In this document: positions 1 to 8,853 of the stretch, piece by piece | Numbering within the stretch: the first letter of the stretch is position 1 | How the letters are laid out: each line of letters opens with the position of its first letter | IMG/VR virus record: IMGVR_UViG_3300050821_006345 | Span: 1-64,000 of that record | From: a virus | DNA: 64,000 nt | Strand: one strand, 5' to 3' | Notes under the pieces: generated by a model | Seen by the model: only the letters and a program-made list of their open reading frames with translations | Told to the model about the DNA's origin: nothing | Database searches by the model: none | Program-made: the position numbers and the translations under genes

Positions 1-245
1 ACTCCAAGTTCGACCCCAAGTTCGACTCCAAGTTCGACCACAAGTTCGACCTCAAGTTCGACCTCAAGTTCGACCACAAGTTCGACCCCAAGTTCGACTC
101 CAAGTTCGACCTCAAGTTCGACTCCAAGTTCGACCTCAAGTTCGACCACAAGTTCGACCCCAAGTTCGACTCCAAGTTCGACCTCAAGTTCGACTCCAAG
201 TTCGACCACAAGTTCGACCACAAGTTCGACCCCAAGTTCGACTCC
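1..245. repeat. 12-bp coding tandem repeat, about 20 copies (CAAGTTCGACNN)
   Basis: Directly visible; encodes S-N-L-[E/G/W/R] on the minus strand. Confidence 0.95.
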
Positions 246-484
246 GTCATTTTTTTAATTTCAGGCCAGTGCTCTCGGAGTAGCTCGACAGCGATAAGTC
301 CGGTCATTGGACTATCAAACCAAAAGAACATGGGCTTTTGATTGCCGATGCATTGGTAAAAGAACGAAATTGATTCCTCGGTCGTCTTGCGGTCGGATGG
401 ATCGGTTGAACGACCAAACTTCAGTCCGTCTTCTTTATATTTCTCCAGAAGCAATTCCTGTTCTTGAGTCAGCTTGGAAATCAT
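1..484 (-). CDS. DUF6745-like protein, N-terminal part (runs off the window start)
   Basis: Manual translation from ATG 484: MISKLTQEQELLLEKYKEDGLKFGRSTDPSDRKTTEESI...WFDSP...then (SNLx)n. It follows the RQGDV protein, the usual partner of this family. Missing from the ORF track because no stop lies in the window. Confidence 0.75.
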   Translation of the reverse strand, partial: MISKLTQEQELLLEKYKEDGLKFGRSTDPSDRKTTEESISFFYQCIGNQKPMFFWFDSPMTGLIAVELLREHWPEIKKMTESNLGSNLWSNLWSNLESNLRSNLESNLGSNLWSNLRSNLESNLRSNLESNLGSNLWSNLRSNLRSNLWSNLESNLGSNLE

Positions 485-508
485 ATCGTTATTGTGAATC
501 GAAGTGAT

Positions 509-865
509 TTAATCTTGCACGTTCCGAATTGCCTGCGGATGATATTCGCGTTGTCTGGAAATCCTGTAGTTGCCGGACGGCAGGTCTATTGTTGAATGCT
601 CGTCATGGGTCACACATCCTCCAGACTCAAGACTGACAAATATTTCACCAGCCAGTGTAGGCGGCTTATCCAATGTTGAGGCAATTTCACCTTCTTTCCA
701 CCAATCTGCCGGATCTGAAACCTCCAGCTTGTGATGGTGACCAGTTACTTCTCCGTGGGCGAGGATGATGGACTTGGCCGGTTTTTGCTTCTTTGCTGTA
801 GACGGAATTGATTCAATCCGCTCAATCAGGACGTCGCCCTGCCGATAATGTTTATTCGATTTCAT
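509..865 (-). CDS. Conserved RQGDV...HGEVTGHHH protein (DUF6745 partner)
   Basis: Motifs YRQGDV, LAHGEVTGHHH, HDEH, RQREY. Confidence 0.8.
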   Translation of the reverse strand: MKSNKHYRQGDVLIERIESIPSTAKKQKPAKSIILAHGEVTGHHHKLEVSDPADWWKEGEIASTLDKPPTLAGEIFVSLESGGCVTHDEHSTIDLPSGNYRISRQREYHPQAIRNVQD

Positions 866-938
866 TTTTATTTCGGTTAATTGTTAATTTCAACTGCAAC
901 GAGTCTGGCAAATAGTCGGCATCCTGTCAACTTGAATT
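866..938 (-). promoter_or_regulatory. Sigma70-like promoter (TTCAAG-TTGACA)
   Basis: Minus strand ATTCAAGTTGACA-N17-CAGACT; the same TTCAAGTTGAC context recurs at ~10040(-), 11701, 21820, 24065, 35679. Confidence 0.6.
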
Positions 939-939
939 A

Positions 940-3669
940 TCAGCCAATAATGCTGCGGTTTCCCCGGTCGGATTGACCAAAGCGTTTGGGCGAGTTGGAC
1001 GGCATGATATACTGGATGTTGTTTGCGGCCATTTGAAAAACGCCGGACACCCCGTCCACCTGATCGTCATTCGCTCCGCGAGGAAAGGCTTCAAGCTCCA
1101 TCAGGAAGTCGATGTTCCAGTCTCCTTGCACAATGGCTATTTTCCCATTTTCGGCCATTGCTATCCACGGAAGGGCGCGCGTCATTTTATCTTTGTCCGC
1201 GCCGAACTCGGTGCAAGATATGTGCGGAGGCATGACTTCTACCAGGTTGGAAAAGGCGGTTTTGAAACCAGCCACGGCCTCAACTCCAATTCTTACCTTG
1301 TCCTTGATTGCGGCCATTTTTATTCTGTCCCGTGCGGTCGGCCACTCCCATTTTCCACGAATGACATCGACGATATAAAACGTGCCGCTTAAATGGTCTA
1401 GCCCGCCCAAAAGCCCAACGGTGTAGTCGGCTGTCTTCTTTTCACTGGTTGCCAGATCCCAATATCTGAACATCCGCAGGTCTTTGGGAACGTCCGATGG
1501 CTGGACGACTTTTATCTTGTCGGTTTTTATGTAATTTCCGCCACGAACAGTCGGGCGACCGCAATAAAGAGCACTCCACACAAACGACCCTCTTTCAGCC
1601 CTTATTTTTTTGAAGTCATTGGCACTAAACCGCTCTGGAAATACCGACTCTCCAAGCTCCCGGCCAAGCAGGTCGTCAGATTCATCGCATATTGCCGGAA
1701 GATTTACAACCTCCCACGCATCTGCGCCTTCCACACCGGCATCCTTTAATCTGCTTTGGAATTCTGGCGACAAAATCCTGCCAACAGGGTCGGTGCAATT
1801 ATGAACGGTAGAGGTGCCACACACAAAATCATGACTGTCGGTCTCAATATCAATCACCTCTCCATCATATTGCTCTTTTTTTATGGATTTAATTAGTGAA
1901 ACTAGATTTCCATCAACAATTTCCGAAAGCCGATGTCTCCGTGGCGGCGATGCATGGTTCATCCACGGCAATTCTGATTTGTGCGCTCGGATTTCCCACG
2001 ACGGGCCAGACACGGAGATTCGACCGGCAATAACCACATTGTGATAGCCAACCGATGCTTTCATAATAGAAGACGCCACTCCAATTCTTAAAAGAGCCAT
2101 TTGGAATGTGTTATTAAGGTTGATGGATGACGACCCCACGCGCAGAAAGTTTTTAACATCGCAACCATCGCCCATCCACCACCCATCAAACATTTCCTGA
2201 ATGAATCGCTTTGGCAGTCGCTGCGCCCAAAGCGGAAGTTTTTTATTTATTGCACTGTTTCCAAAGGCGGAGAGAAACTCGGCCATCTGAATTGAAGAGA
2301 AGCACACCACAATGCAATTGGCACTGTTCCGCTTAAAGGTCACAGGAATTCCATATTTTCCCATTATTCTTTTTATATCTTCGTGGTATTCTGTTTCTTT
2401 TCTGTGAAACGAAAACTGAATCCTTGTTTTCCGGTCGTTCCTCCTGCCTGTGGTTGTGTATCCTTCGGCCAGCCAATACCCAACAACGCGCCAAAATTCT
2501 GGATCAGCAACAATGTCACTGCTGATTGCCTGACGTTTATCCCTGTTTAGGCCGTAGTTTGTGATATACGGCAAAATGCTTCCTTTGCCGCCCGGAAGAT
2601 TAAAATGTGCAGCACACTCATCGTATGTTTTTCCAGCATCAAGCAGTTCCTCTAATTCTTTTTTGGGAATTTTTGTCGCCCATGGATGCTGCTTATGTGT
2701 TTTTGGCACAATGATTGGCCACAACGATTTTAGAAATTCGATTGTTGTTTCTGGAGCATCGTCAATTTTAACCACCATGCGATCTTTTGATGTCACATCC
2801 GACGCACGCCTCCATCCAGAGTCTGTGAATATTTCGTGGTCTGGAGTAACCACAATCTCCTCAGGGAATCCATAAACAGAAAAACGAATAACTTCTCCAA
2901 TGTGTTTGGAAACAACCTTGCGCTTAATTGGCTGCATTCCGCTCGACGTTAAAACATTTTCGCCAACTGTGGAATCCTTGATTGGAATAATGCCTCGTTC
3001 GGTTGTTATTTTGGTGTCTGGAGAAAGACACGACCACCTCGTCATAATTAGGATTACTGGCGCGCCCGGAGCAAGTCGAGTTAGGGCAGTGGATTGAAGC
3101 CAGTCCCAGATTCCATCTTGAACAATTTGACTGTTGGCTTCCTGAAAGTCTTTCACGAGGTCATCGAGTATGAGGGTCGTGGCCCCGCGCCCGGTAATAC
3201 CAGATCCAACACCAACCGACTTATACCTTCCACCTTCACGAGTGCCCCAATCATCCATCCTTGCATCGCCATCATTGACCTTTGTGTTTGGGAAAATTAG
3301 GCGATACATTTCGTTTTCCTGAATCCTCTGTCTGGTCGACCTGCTGTGGATATTGGCAAGGCTTTGTGCATAACTTCCTACGACTATGTTTTGAGTTGGG
3401 TCGCGCCCCATGAGCCAAGATGGAAATTCAATGCAGCAAGTCCTCGATTTTCCTATTCTAGGCGGAGTTGATATAATCAATCGCTTGCACCGACCTTCTG
3501 CCACATCCTGAAGTTTTCTTGCCAAAAAAACGTGTGCCTTTGATACAATAAACTTCGGATCGCAGGCTTTGATATAAAACAGGAGGTCATTTCTCGCCTC
3601 CTCCAATAGAGATAGCATCTCTGCATCTTCTGGTGTGGCGGCATTCGCTGACGCAACCGCGTCGGGCAT
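940..3669 (-). CDS. terL: Terminase large subunit with intein
   Basis: Walker A PPRIGKS, Walker B LILDD, MTRW coupling motif, nuclease motifs YWDLA, ADYTV, DDQVD. Confidence 0.95.
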   Translation of the reverse strand: MPDAVASANAATPEDAEMLSLLEEARNDLLFYIKACDPKFIVSKAHVFLARKLQDVAEGRCKRLIISTPPRIGKSRTCCIEFPSWLMGRDPTQNIVVGSYAQSLANIHSRSTRQRIQENEMYRLIFPNTKVNDGDARMDDWGTREGGRYKSVGVGSGITGRGATTLILDDLVKDFQEANSQIVQDGIWDWLQSTALTRLAPGAPVILIMTRWSCLSPDTKITTERGIIPIKDSTVGENVLTSSGMQPIKRKVVSKHIGEVIRFSVYGFPEEIVVTPDHEIFTDSGWRRASDVTSKDRMVVKIDDAPETTIEFLKSLWPIIVPKTHKQHPWATKIPKKELEELLDAGKTYDECAAHFNLPGGKGSILPYITNYGLNRDKRQAISSDIVADPEFWRVVGYWLAEGYTTTGRRNDRKTRIQFSFHRKETEYHEDIKRIMGKYGIPVTFKRNSANCIVVCFSSIQMAEFLSAFGNSAINKKLPLWAQRLPKRFIQEMFDGWWMGDGCDVKNFLRVGSSSINLNNTFQMALLRIGVASSIMKASVGYHNVVIAGRISVSGPSWEIRAHKSELPWMNHASPPRRHRLSEIVDGNLVSLIKSIKKEQYDGEVIDIETDSHDFVCGTSTVHNCTDPVGRILSPEFQSRLKDAGVEGADAWEVVNLPAICDESDDLLGRELGESVFPERFSANDFKKIRAERGSFVWSALYCGRPTVRGGNYIKTDKIKVVQPSDVPKDLRMFRYWDLATSEKKTADYTVGLLGGLDHLSGTFYIVDVIRGKWEWPTARDRIKMAAIKDKVRIGVEAVAGFKTAFSNLVEVMPPHISCTEFGADKDKMTRALPWIAMAENGKIAIVQGDWNIDFLMELEAFPRGANDDQVDGVSGVFQMAANNIQYIMPSNSPKRFGQSDRGNRSIIG
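1798..3030 (-). mobile_element. Intein (411 aa) with LAGLIDADG homing endonuclease in TerL
   Basis: Starts CLSPDT after MTRWS; TPDH block B; VGYWLAEG and DGWWMGDG blocks; ends TVHN followed by Cys. Confidence 0.92.
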
Positions 3670-3675
3670 CTGAAG

Positions 3676-3990
3676 TTACTCCAACTTGTCGCAGATCAGC
3701 TCATAACAGCACGCAATGTAGGCCGCGTGCTTGAGCGGGGTCAGCTTCTTCTTCCGGTGAAGGGCGGCGATGAACCAGTTGGACGTCTCCACGGCCCCCT
3801 TGTTGTCTTTTTTAATCTGCTCGGCCAGTTTGGACTTCAGCGGGTTTATCATGGCCTGATACTGAAGGTCTCCGAGTTTTGCATTCAGCCGGTCGCGGAC
3901 GTCCTTCATTTTTGCCACCGAGTTTTTGAGCATCAGGTTTGGTGATTCCCAATTTCCACCGGCACCTGGCGTGTAAAGCGTTGCGCTCAT
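3676..3990 (-). CDS. Hypothetical protein
   Basis: ORF MSATLYTPG..., packed directly upstream of terL. Confidence 0.6.
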   Translation of the reverse strand: MSATLYTPGAGGNWESPNLMLKNSVAKMKDVRDRLNAKLGDLQYQAMINPLKSKLAEQIKKDNKGAVETSNWFIAALHRKKKLTPLKHAAYIACCYELICDKLE

Positions 3991-4199
3991 TCTGTTTTCA
4001 TTGGCCGGATTTTGCCGAAATTTGGAACGATGTCGGTTTTTGGCCTCTTGCCGCAGTCCATGCACCACTCGTCCGGCACATATCGTTCAAATGGGTTGCC
4101 AGACCACATCATCATCGGAGAGATAATCGCCCCTCCGCATTCTCCGCAAGTTCCAGTGATGTTGTGGTTGGCCTGGATTTGAACAGTTGAAACGCTCAC
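3987..4199 (-). CDS. Small Zn-ribbon protein
   Basis: CGECG...CMDCG; 4-nt overlap with the next gene. Confidence 0.6.
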   Translation of the reverse strand: MSVSTVQIQANHNITGTCGECGGAIISPMMMWSGNPFERYVPDEWCMDCGKRPKTDIVPNFGKIRPMKTE

Positions 4200-4335
4200 G
4201 CTGATGCCCCGGGTTGTGCCGACGTTGGCGATTGCGGCGTTAAATCATCAGGATCTCCCAACGTCGGCTCTTCGGCGATTAAAACGATGAATCGCAGCCA
4301 GACCAGCTTCTGACGTTTTTGAATTTGCGTAGCCA

Positions 4336-4536
4336 TCATTTCGCTGGAATATGGTTGAACTTCGGCAGGAAATACTCGACTGGAGACATCCAGCTTTGAG
4401 CCGTGTCATGGAGTCCGTCGTCCTTCCATTGCTGGGAAGCCACTACTCCGTCCTTGTCCACTGAAAGGACAAGATACGGCTGGTTGTTCTCAGTGGATCG
4501 CCACCATTGACCGGCTTTTACTAAAGATGCGCTCAT
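4336..4536 (-). CDS. Hypothetical protein
   Basis: ORF in the same minus-strand run. Confidence 0.55.
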   Translation of the reverse strand: MSASLVKAGQWWRSTENNQPYLVLSVDKDGVVASQQWKDDGLHDTAQSWMSPVEYFLPKFNHIPAK

Positions 4537-4586
4537 AGATTTATTGTTTCGTCGACGCAGGAAGATGGCTTAAAATCGGCCGTTCG

Positions 4587-5393
4587 TCAAGCTCTTGTGC
4601 GTTTAGCCGATTCAAACGATGATTGTATCGTGGCCAAAAGCGATGCATCGGGAAAATCGGCTGGCTGCGGGCCTGCGGAATCAAACGGCCAAGATTTGCC
4701 AAGCATCGAGAAACAGGTCGGCTTTGCGGCTGGCTTGGAGTGGACGGCGAGTGATTTTTGGGCTTTCAACCAAGGCTTGTTTCGCAGCCATTTGGCCGCA
4801 AATTGGATATATTGCGGATTAACCCACCGCGCGTTGGTTTGGACATCCACCGAAACCGCGCGCAACAGAACATCAACCGCAGGCAGGAGACCGGAGGCTT
4901 GGAGTTTGATCCATTGCTCCAGAGCCTCTTGTTTGTTTTCCTGCTGCGGGTATCCCGCAAAGAATTTCTCAAAATCACACGCGCTTTCCTTCTGAGTGTG
5001 TTCTCTCTTTTCTCTCCTCTTATATGGTGTAGCCAACGAGTTCACGTTTTCTGTGAACTTGAGTTCACGTTTTTCGTGAACCACCTTCACGTTTTCTGTG
5101 AACTTGGGATTCAGTTTTAAGCCAACGCCAGCCTCAAGCGATCCGATTAGAAATCCTCTTTTCTTAAGGCTTGAAACCATGTTGGAAATCCGAGCGTCAC
5201 TGACGGCCATAAAAGACGCCAGATACTGCCTTGAGGCGGATGTCGCGTCCACCTCATCGCTCAATGAGTCAATTTCTGCCAGAAAGATGATTTCAGTCTT
5301 CTTCAAGTCCGGATGAAGCCATATTTCCTTTGAAATCCAAATTCCCTTGAACTTTCTGGAAGGAGGCTCTGTTTTGACACGATTCATTGGCAA
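4587..5393 (-). CDS. Phage replication initiator-like protein (N-terminal winged HTH)
   Basis: FKGIWISKEIW...AEIDSL...ASRQYLA...ISNMVSSLKKRGF; C-terminal FEKFFAGYP...K..A...W..L domain; internal iteron-like repeats. Confidence 0.75.
   Translation of the reverse strand: MPMNRVKTEPPSRKFKGIWISKEIWLHPDLKKTEIIFLAEIDSLSDEVDATSASRQYLASFMAVSDARISNMVSSLKKRGFLIGSLEAGVGLKLNPKFTENVKVVHEKRELKFTENVNSLATPYKRREKREHTQKESACDFEKFFAGYPQQENKQEALEQWIKLQASGLLPAVDVLLRAVSVDVQTNARWVNPQYIQFAAKWLRNKPWLKAQKSLAVHSKPAAKPTCFSMLGKSWPFDSAGPQPADFPDASLLATIQSSFESAKRTRA
5040..5105. repeat. Three iteron-like quasi-palindromes TTCACGTTTT(CT/TC)GTGAAC
   Basis: Copies at 5041-5058, 5064-5081 and 5086-5103 inside the initiator gene. 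Confidence 0.8.
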
Positions 5394-5860
5394 CCTCCTG
5401 CCTCAAAATATGCCTCAATCTCGCTAATATCGGCTTCCTCTAGCCGAAACCACTCTCCGCGAACTCGCGATCTTGAAAACATTAAATGAAGATCGCCCTC
5501 CACAGTTTTGGCAGCAGGCCAAAATTTAATCATGGCAACTTCTGGCTCTTCCGACTGAAGCGTGGCTTCTCGCGCTTGTGGATTTCTGGAATAACCGATT
5601 TTATAGAGGCCGTTTCTTTCGTTTTTCATTAAATAAACGAAGGATGGTCGTTCTGGTTCTAGGTTTGGCGGTCTCGGTGCGAACACAATTTCAGACGGCT
5701 CTTTATATTCAGGCACTCCCACAAAACCACGGCTGCGAAGCACTGCGTTGGCGATGGCAATCTTTGGAATCTCAATCTTGGAATAGCTGTCTATTCCCGG
5801 CCTAAATAATGCGTGTGCATTGCAATAATCGGCCATGCATCGGTCTAATTCTTCAATCAT
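5384..5860 (-). CDS. T5orf172/GIY-YIG-family protein
   Basis: FVYLM...YKIGYS.NP..R...LQ...E..LH..F...RVRGEWF. Confidence 0.85.
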   Translation of the reverse strand: MIEELDRCMADYCNAHALFRPGIDSYSKIEIPKIAIANAVLRSRGFVGVPEYKEPSEIVFAPRPPNLEPERPSFVYLMKNERNGLYKIGYSRNPQAREATLQSEEPEVAMIKFWPAAKTVEGDLHLMFSRSRVRGEWFRLEEADISEIEAYFEAGGCQ

Positions 5861-5975
5861 AAATAAAAACGCCAGCCGCTTCGGTGTAATGAAAGAGAGG
5901 CAACAGCGGCCCTACACCTAAACGACTGACGTAAACTTACTGCTGTTTAATTTACAGAAGCTTTCACACCTCTGG
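5861..5975 (-). promoter_or_regulatory. Leader hairpin with U-tract (attenuator/C4-like)
   Basis: About 19-bp stem 5869-5932 needing G-U pairs in minus sense, followed by TTTTATTT-ATG. Confidence 0.55.
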
Positions 5976-6124
5976 CAAGCAAATCTTGCGGTTAATGAGG
6001 CAACTTGGCTTAACCGCTCCGCCAAGTCAACTTCTGGCGAGAACTAAATTACCAAAAGGTCTCCTCTCGGTTTGACTGAACCGATTTTGAGGCGTAGAGA
6101 TAAGACGAATTTAAGAAGATAATT

Positions 6125-6868
6125 ATGAGCCAATTTTACGGAAAATCAATCAGTCAATCGGTTTACGACGCGGACGCCCTGCGTTTTGAATACGTCACCA
6201 CCTGCGTCGGATTTGACGACATCCTCGACGAGACGCTCCGCGATAACATCCCGCAGGTGGACACTGCAATTGTGGTCACTTCCCACGCCGATAAAAGAAC
6301 GCAACGCGTCTGCCAGAAGCACGGCGCGACGGCAGTGCAAACAGACTTATTTTTTAAGGATAACAGATCTTTTAACAAGGGAGCCGCTGTAAATTCAGGG
6401 TTTAACTATTTTAGATTTTACGGCATGAGAGCCCACATGGATGTTGATGTTCTGCTGCCCGCGAAGTTCCGCCATATTTTATTCAACCACACACATCTTG
6501 ACCGCAATCATCTCTACGGATGCGACCGCGTGGACATCCTTGGGAAATCAAATCTGGCCAAATGGCGTCAGGGAAGGTTGCAGCACGAGGATCGGAAGAT
6601 TTCTGCCGAAGGAAACATCGGTCATCGGTGGGTGGACAACATCGACGGTTATCTTCCACTTGGTTTCTGCCAGATTTACCATGCGAGCAACCAGAAGCCC
6701 TACCCATTCTCGCTTGGAGATGCTTCCCACGACGACCTGATGTTCTCGGCGACGTGGCCTCGGTCAAACCGGATTCATCTGCCGACAATAATTGTGGGAC
6801 ATCTTATTCCAAACGCAAGTTTCGTCGGTGAAAATTGGGAAGGACGTAAATCAAAAAGACTACAATAA
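6125..6868 (+). CDS. Glycosyltransferase (GT-A/GT2-like)
   Basis: FNKGAAVNSG, HMDVDVLLP (DxD), GFCQIYH, DDLMF, VGHL. Confidence 0.7.
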   Translation: MSQFYGKSISQSVYDADALRFEYVTTCVGFDDILDETLRDNIPQVDTAIVVTSHADKRTQRVCQKHGATAVQTDLFFKDNRSFNKGAAVNSGFNYFRFYGMRAHMDVDVLLPAKFRHILFNHTHLDRNHLYGCDRVDILGKSNLAKWRQGRLQHEDRKISAEGNIGHRWVDNIDGYLPLGFCQIYHASNQKPYPFSLGDASHDDLMFSATWPRSNRIHLPTIIVGHLIPNASFVGENWEGRKSKRLQ

Positions 6869-7219
6869 TGCCAAAACACACACCATTAAATTCAGGCCAG
6901 AAATTTAATCATTGGACTGTCATCCGCCGCGCCGAGGGAGTGGAAATAAAGGTTGGGTCTGCTTTATATTTGCGCGTGTAAATGTGGGTTTCGCAGGCTG
7001 ATTCCGGCACCACAACTAACCAGTGCCGGAACAAAACAATGCTTTCAGTGTGCTATTCTGGCGAAAACAGGAAGACCGCAGCCCGGCAAAAGAAAGACCC
7101 ATGCAGGTGATAAATTTGGGAAGTGGACACGCTCGCTCACTTATCGTCTCCTTCCACCCATAGAACTGTTGCTGAGCAAGCGCCACCGAGCGACTCCATG
7201 CACTCGTTCACCATGTTGA
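6868..7219 (+). pseudogene. Frameshifted fragment of an HNH-type homing endonuclease N-terminus
   Basis: GQKFNHWTV in one frame, YICACKCG...GDKFGKWT in another; no nuclease domain. Confidence 0.55.
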
Positions 7220-7281
7220 CCATTTCCGTCCGTTCAGATTTGGTCGCCGGAGCGTTATCTGGTATGCCATCGCCGAGTATT

Positions 7282-7512
7282 TCAATTAGCATTTTCATTA
7301 AAACGTTTTTCAGATGGAACCGGCCAAGAAGCTGCCATTACCGCCGCCGGCACCACGCCTGCCCGACGCCTCCCTAGAGGTGGTCTCGTCTTGCAGCGTT
7401 CGGCATACTTCAGGTCGTCAAGCCGGTCTTGCTCCGCCTGATTTGTTTTGACGCGTTCGATGGCAGCTTGGCGGCGTTGTTCGTATGTTCCGCGTTGTTT
7501 GGCTTGGCCCAT
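7282..7512 (-). CDS. Small basic protein with N-terminal arginine-rich motif (MGQAKQRGTYEQRRQAAIER)
   Basis: ATG at 7512 preceded by GGAGG-like RBS. Confidence 0.65.
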   Translation of the reverse strand: MGQAKQRGTYEQRRQAAIERVKTNQAEQDRLDDLKYAERCKTRPPLGRRRAGVVPAAVMAASWPVPSEKRFNENAN

Positions 7513-7669
7513 GATTATTTGTCCTCCTTCTTCGGCACAACTCCGCCCGGCCAGACGATCCAGAGCGTGACACAGGGAATCAGGTTGATGCACAGACGCT
7601 TGTTGGCCGGAGACCAATGCGCTCCAATCCAGAGACTGCCGAGACGGAATAGCCAGCCGTGTTTCATAG

Positions 7670-8851
7670 TTAATCTTTATACGGATCAAATTCATTTCCA
7701 GCCATTGCGACTCCGATGGGCGTCAGTTGGTGGATGATGTTGATGGTGTTCTTGTGAGCCTCCAGAACTTCGGAAAGGCGTTTATAGCAATGCGGCGATT
7801 CATCCACTCCTGCTCCACGAAGCTCGACTCCAGCGCCAGAGACCCATTCATCCATCATGGCCTGACTTACCTTGCCCTCGGAAACGCGCGTCTTCTTGCC
7901 CTGACGCCATTTTGATTTGCCAGCGGCCTCGGTGCGCGACATAAGCCTGCCCGCGCCGTGAACGGTTGAATGAAGCGCAAGTGTGGCTTCCACCGTGTCG
8001 CGGCCTTCAAGAATCACCGAGTTCTCACCCATCGTTCCTCCAACGAATCCTCGCTGAGTTGGAAAAGCCGGAGTAGCACCCTTACGGACGACCCACAGGT
8101 CTTCACCGTCATGTTTTTCCAGCCAAGCAAAGTTGTGGTGGTTGTGAACCGATTCAACAATGGTTGCTCCGAGAATCTTCGCCACGCGGTTGCAGACCCA
8201 TTCGCGGCCAGCGTAGGCATACTCTCCACAAAGCTTCATTGCCGAGATGTATTCTTGAAATAATTGTGGCTGTGTCTCGGCACTAATGACTGCCGGTTCA
8301 ACAAAGATGCCGTCTTTGCCTCTGGCCTCCTTCAAGAAGTGTGTGGCTGTCTTGTGGCCGAGTCCGCGTGATCCAAAGTGAACGCCGATCCAGACCGATG
8401 CTTCTTCGTCGTAGAAAACATCGACGTAATGATTGCCAGAACCAACCGTGCCAAGCTGCTCCCTCGCCAAGTCCTTAAGCGGAGACATTGATGGAATGTT
8501 CCAGTGCGGCAGGTCAAATAAAGAACTATCCACTGTCTCGTTATTCTTTCTGCCAACACCAAACGAGATGGTTTTGAAAATGTCGTCCATGATTGTGGCG
8601 ATGGACGATTTAATTTCAGCAACGTGGATGTCAGTCTTAACCGCCAGATTGCCGCAGGCAATGTCGAATCCCACGGCGGAAGGCGAGACGGCGTTCCTGT
8701 AGGCCACAACACCACCCACAGGGCAAGAGTAGCCGAGATGATGATCGCCCATCAACGCGGCTTTGTGCGCCGTTCGCAGGCAGGTCTTCATCTGGCCAAC
8801 TGCGTCCATCAGCGGTTCGCCCCATACTGGTATTCCATCAATGATTTGCAT
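7670..8851 (-). CDS. rtcB: RtcB-family RNA ligase
   Basis: VGFDIACG, GTVGSGNHY, HFGSRG, HHNFA, VRKGA, HGAGR, DESP..YK. Confidence 0.95.
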   Translation of the reverse strand: MQIIDGIPVWGEPLMDAVGQMKTCLRTAHKAALMGDHHLGYSCPVGGVVAYRNAVSPSAVGFDIACGNLAVKTDIHVAEIKSSIATIMDDIFKTISFGVGRKNNETVDSSLFDLPHWNIPSMSPLKDLAREQLGTVGSGNHYVDVFYDEEASVWIGVHFGSRGLGHKTATHFLKEARGKDGIFVEPAVISAETQPQLFQEYISAMKLCGEYAYAGREWVCNRVAKILGATIVESVHNHHNFAWLEKHDGEDLWVVRKGATPAFPTQRGFVGGTMGENSVILEGRDTVEATLALHSTVHGAGRLMSRTEAAGKSKWRQGKKTRVSEGKVSQAMMDEWVSGAGVELRGAGVDESPHCYKRLSEVLEAHKNTINIIHQLTPIGVAMAGNEFDPYKD

Positions 8852-8853
8852 AT

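Noticed and set aside
1..245. CRISPR array
   Set aside because: 12-bp units abut with no spacers and translate in frame as (SNLx)n
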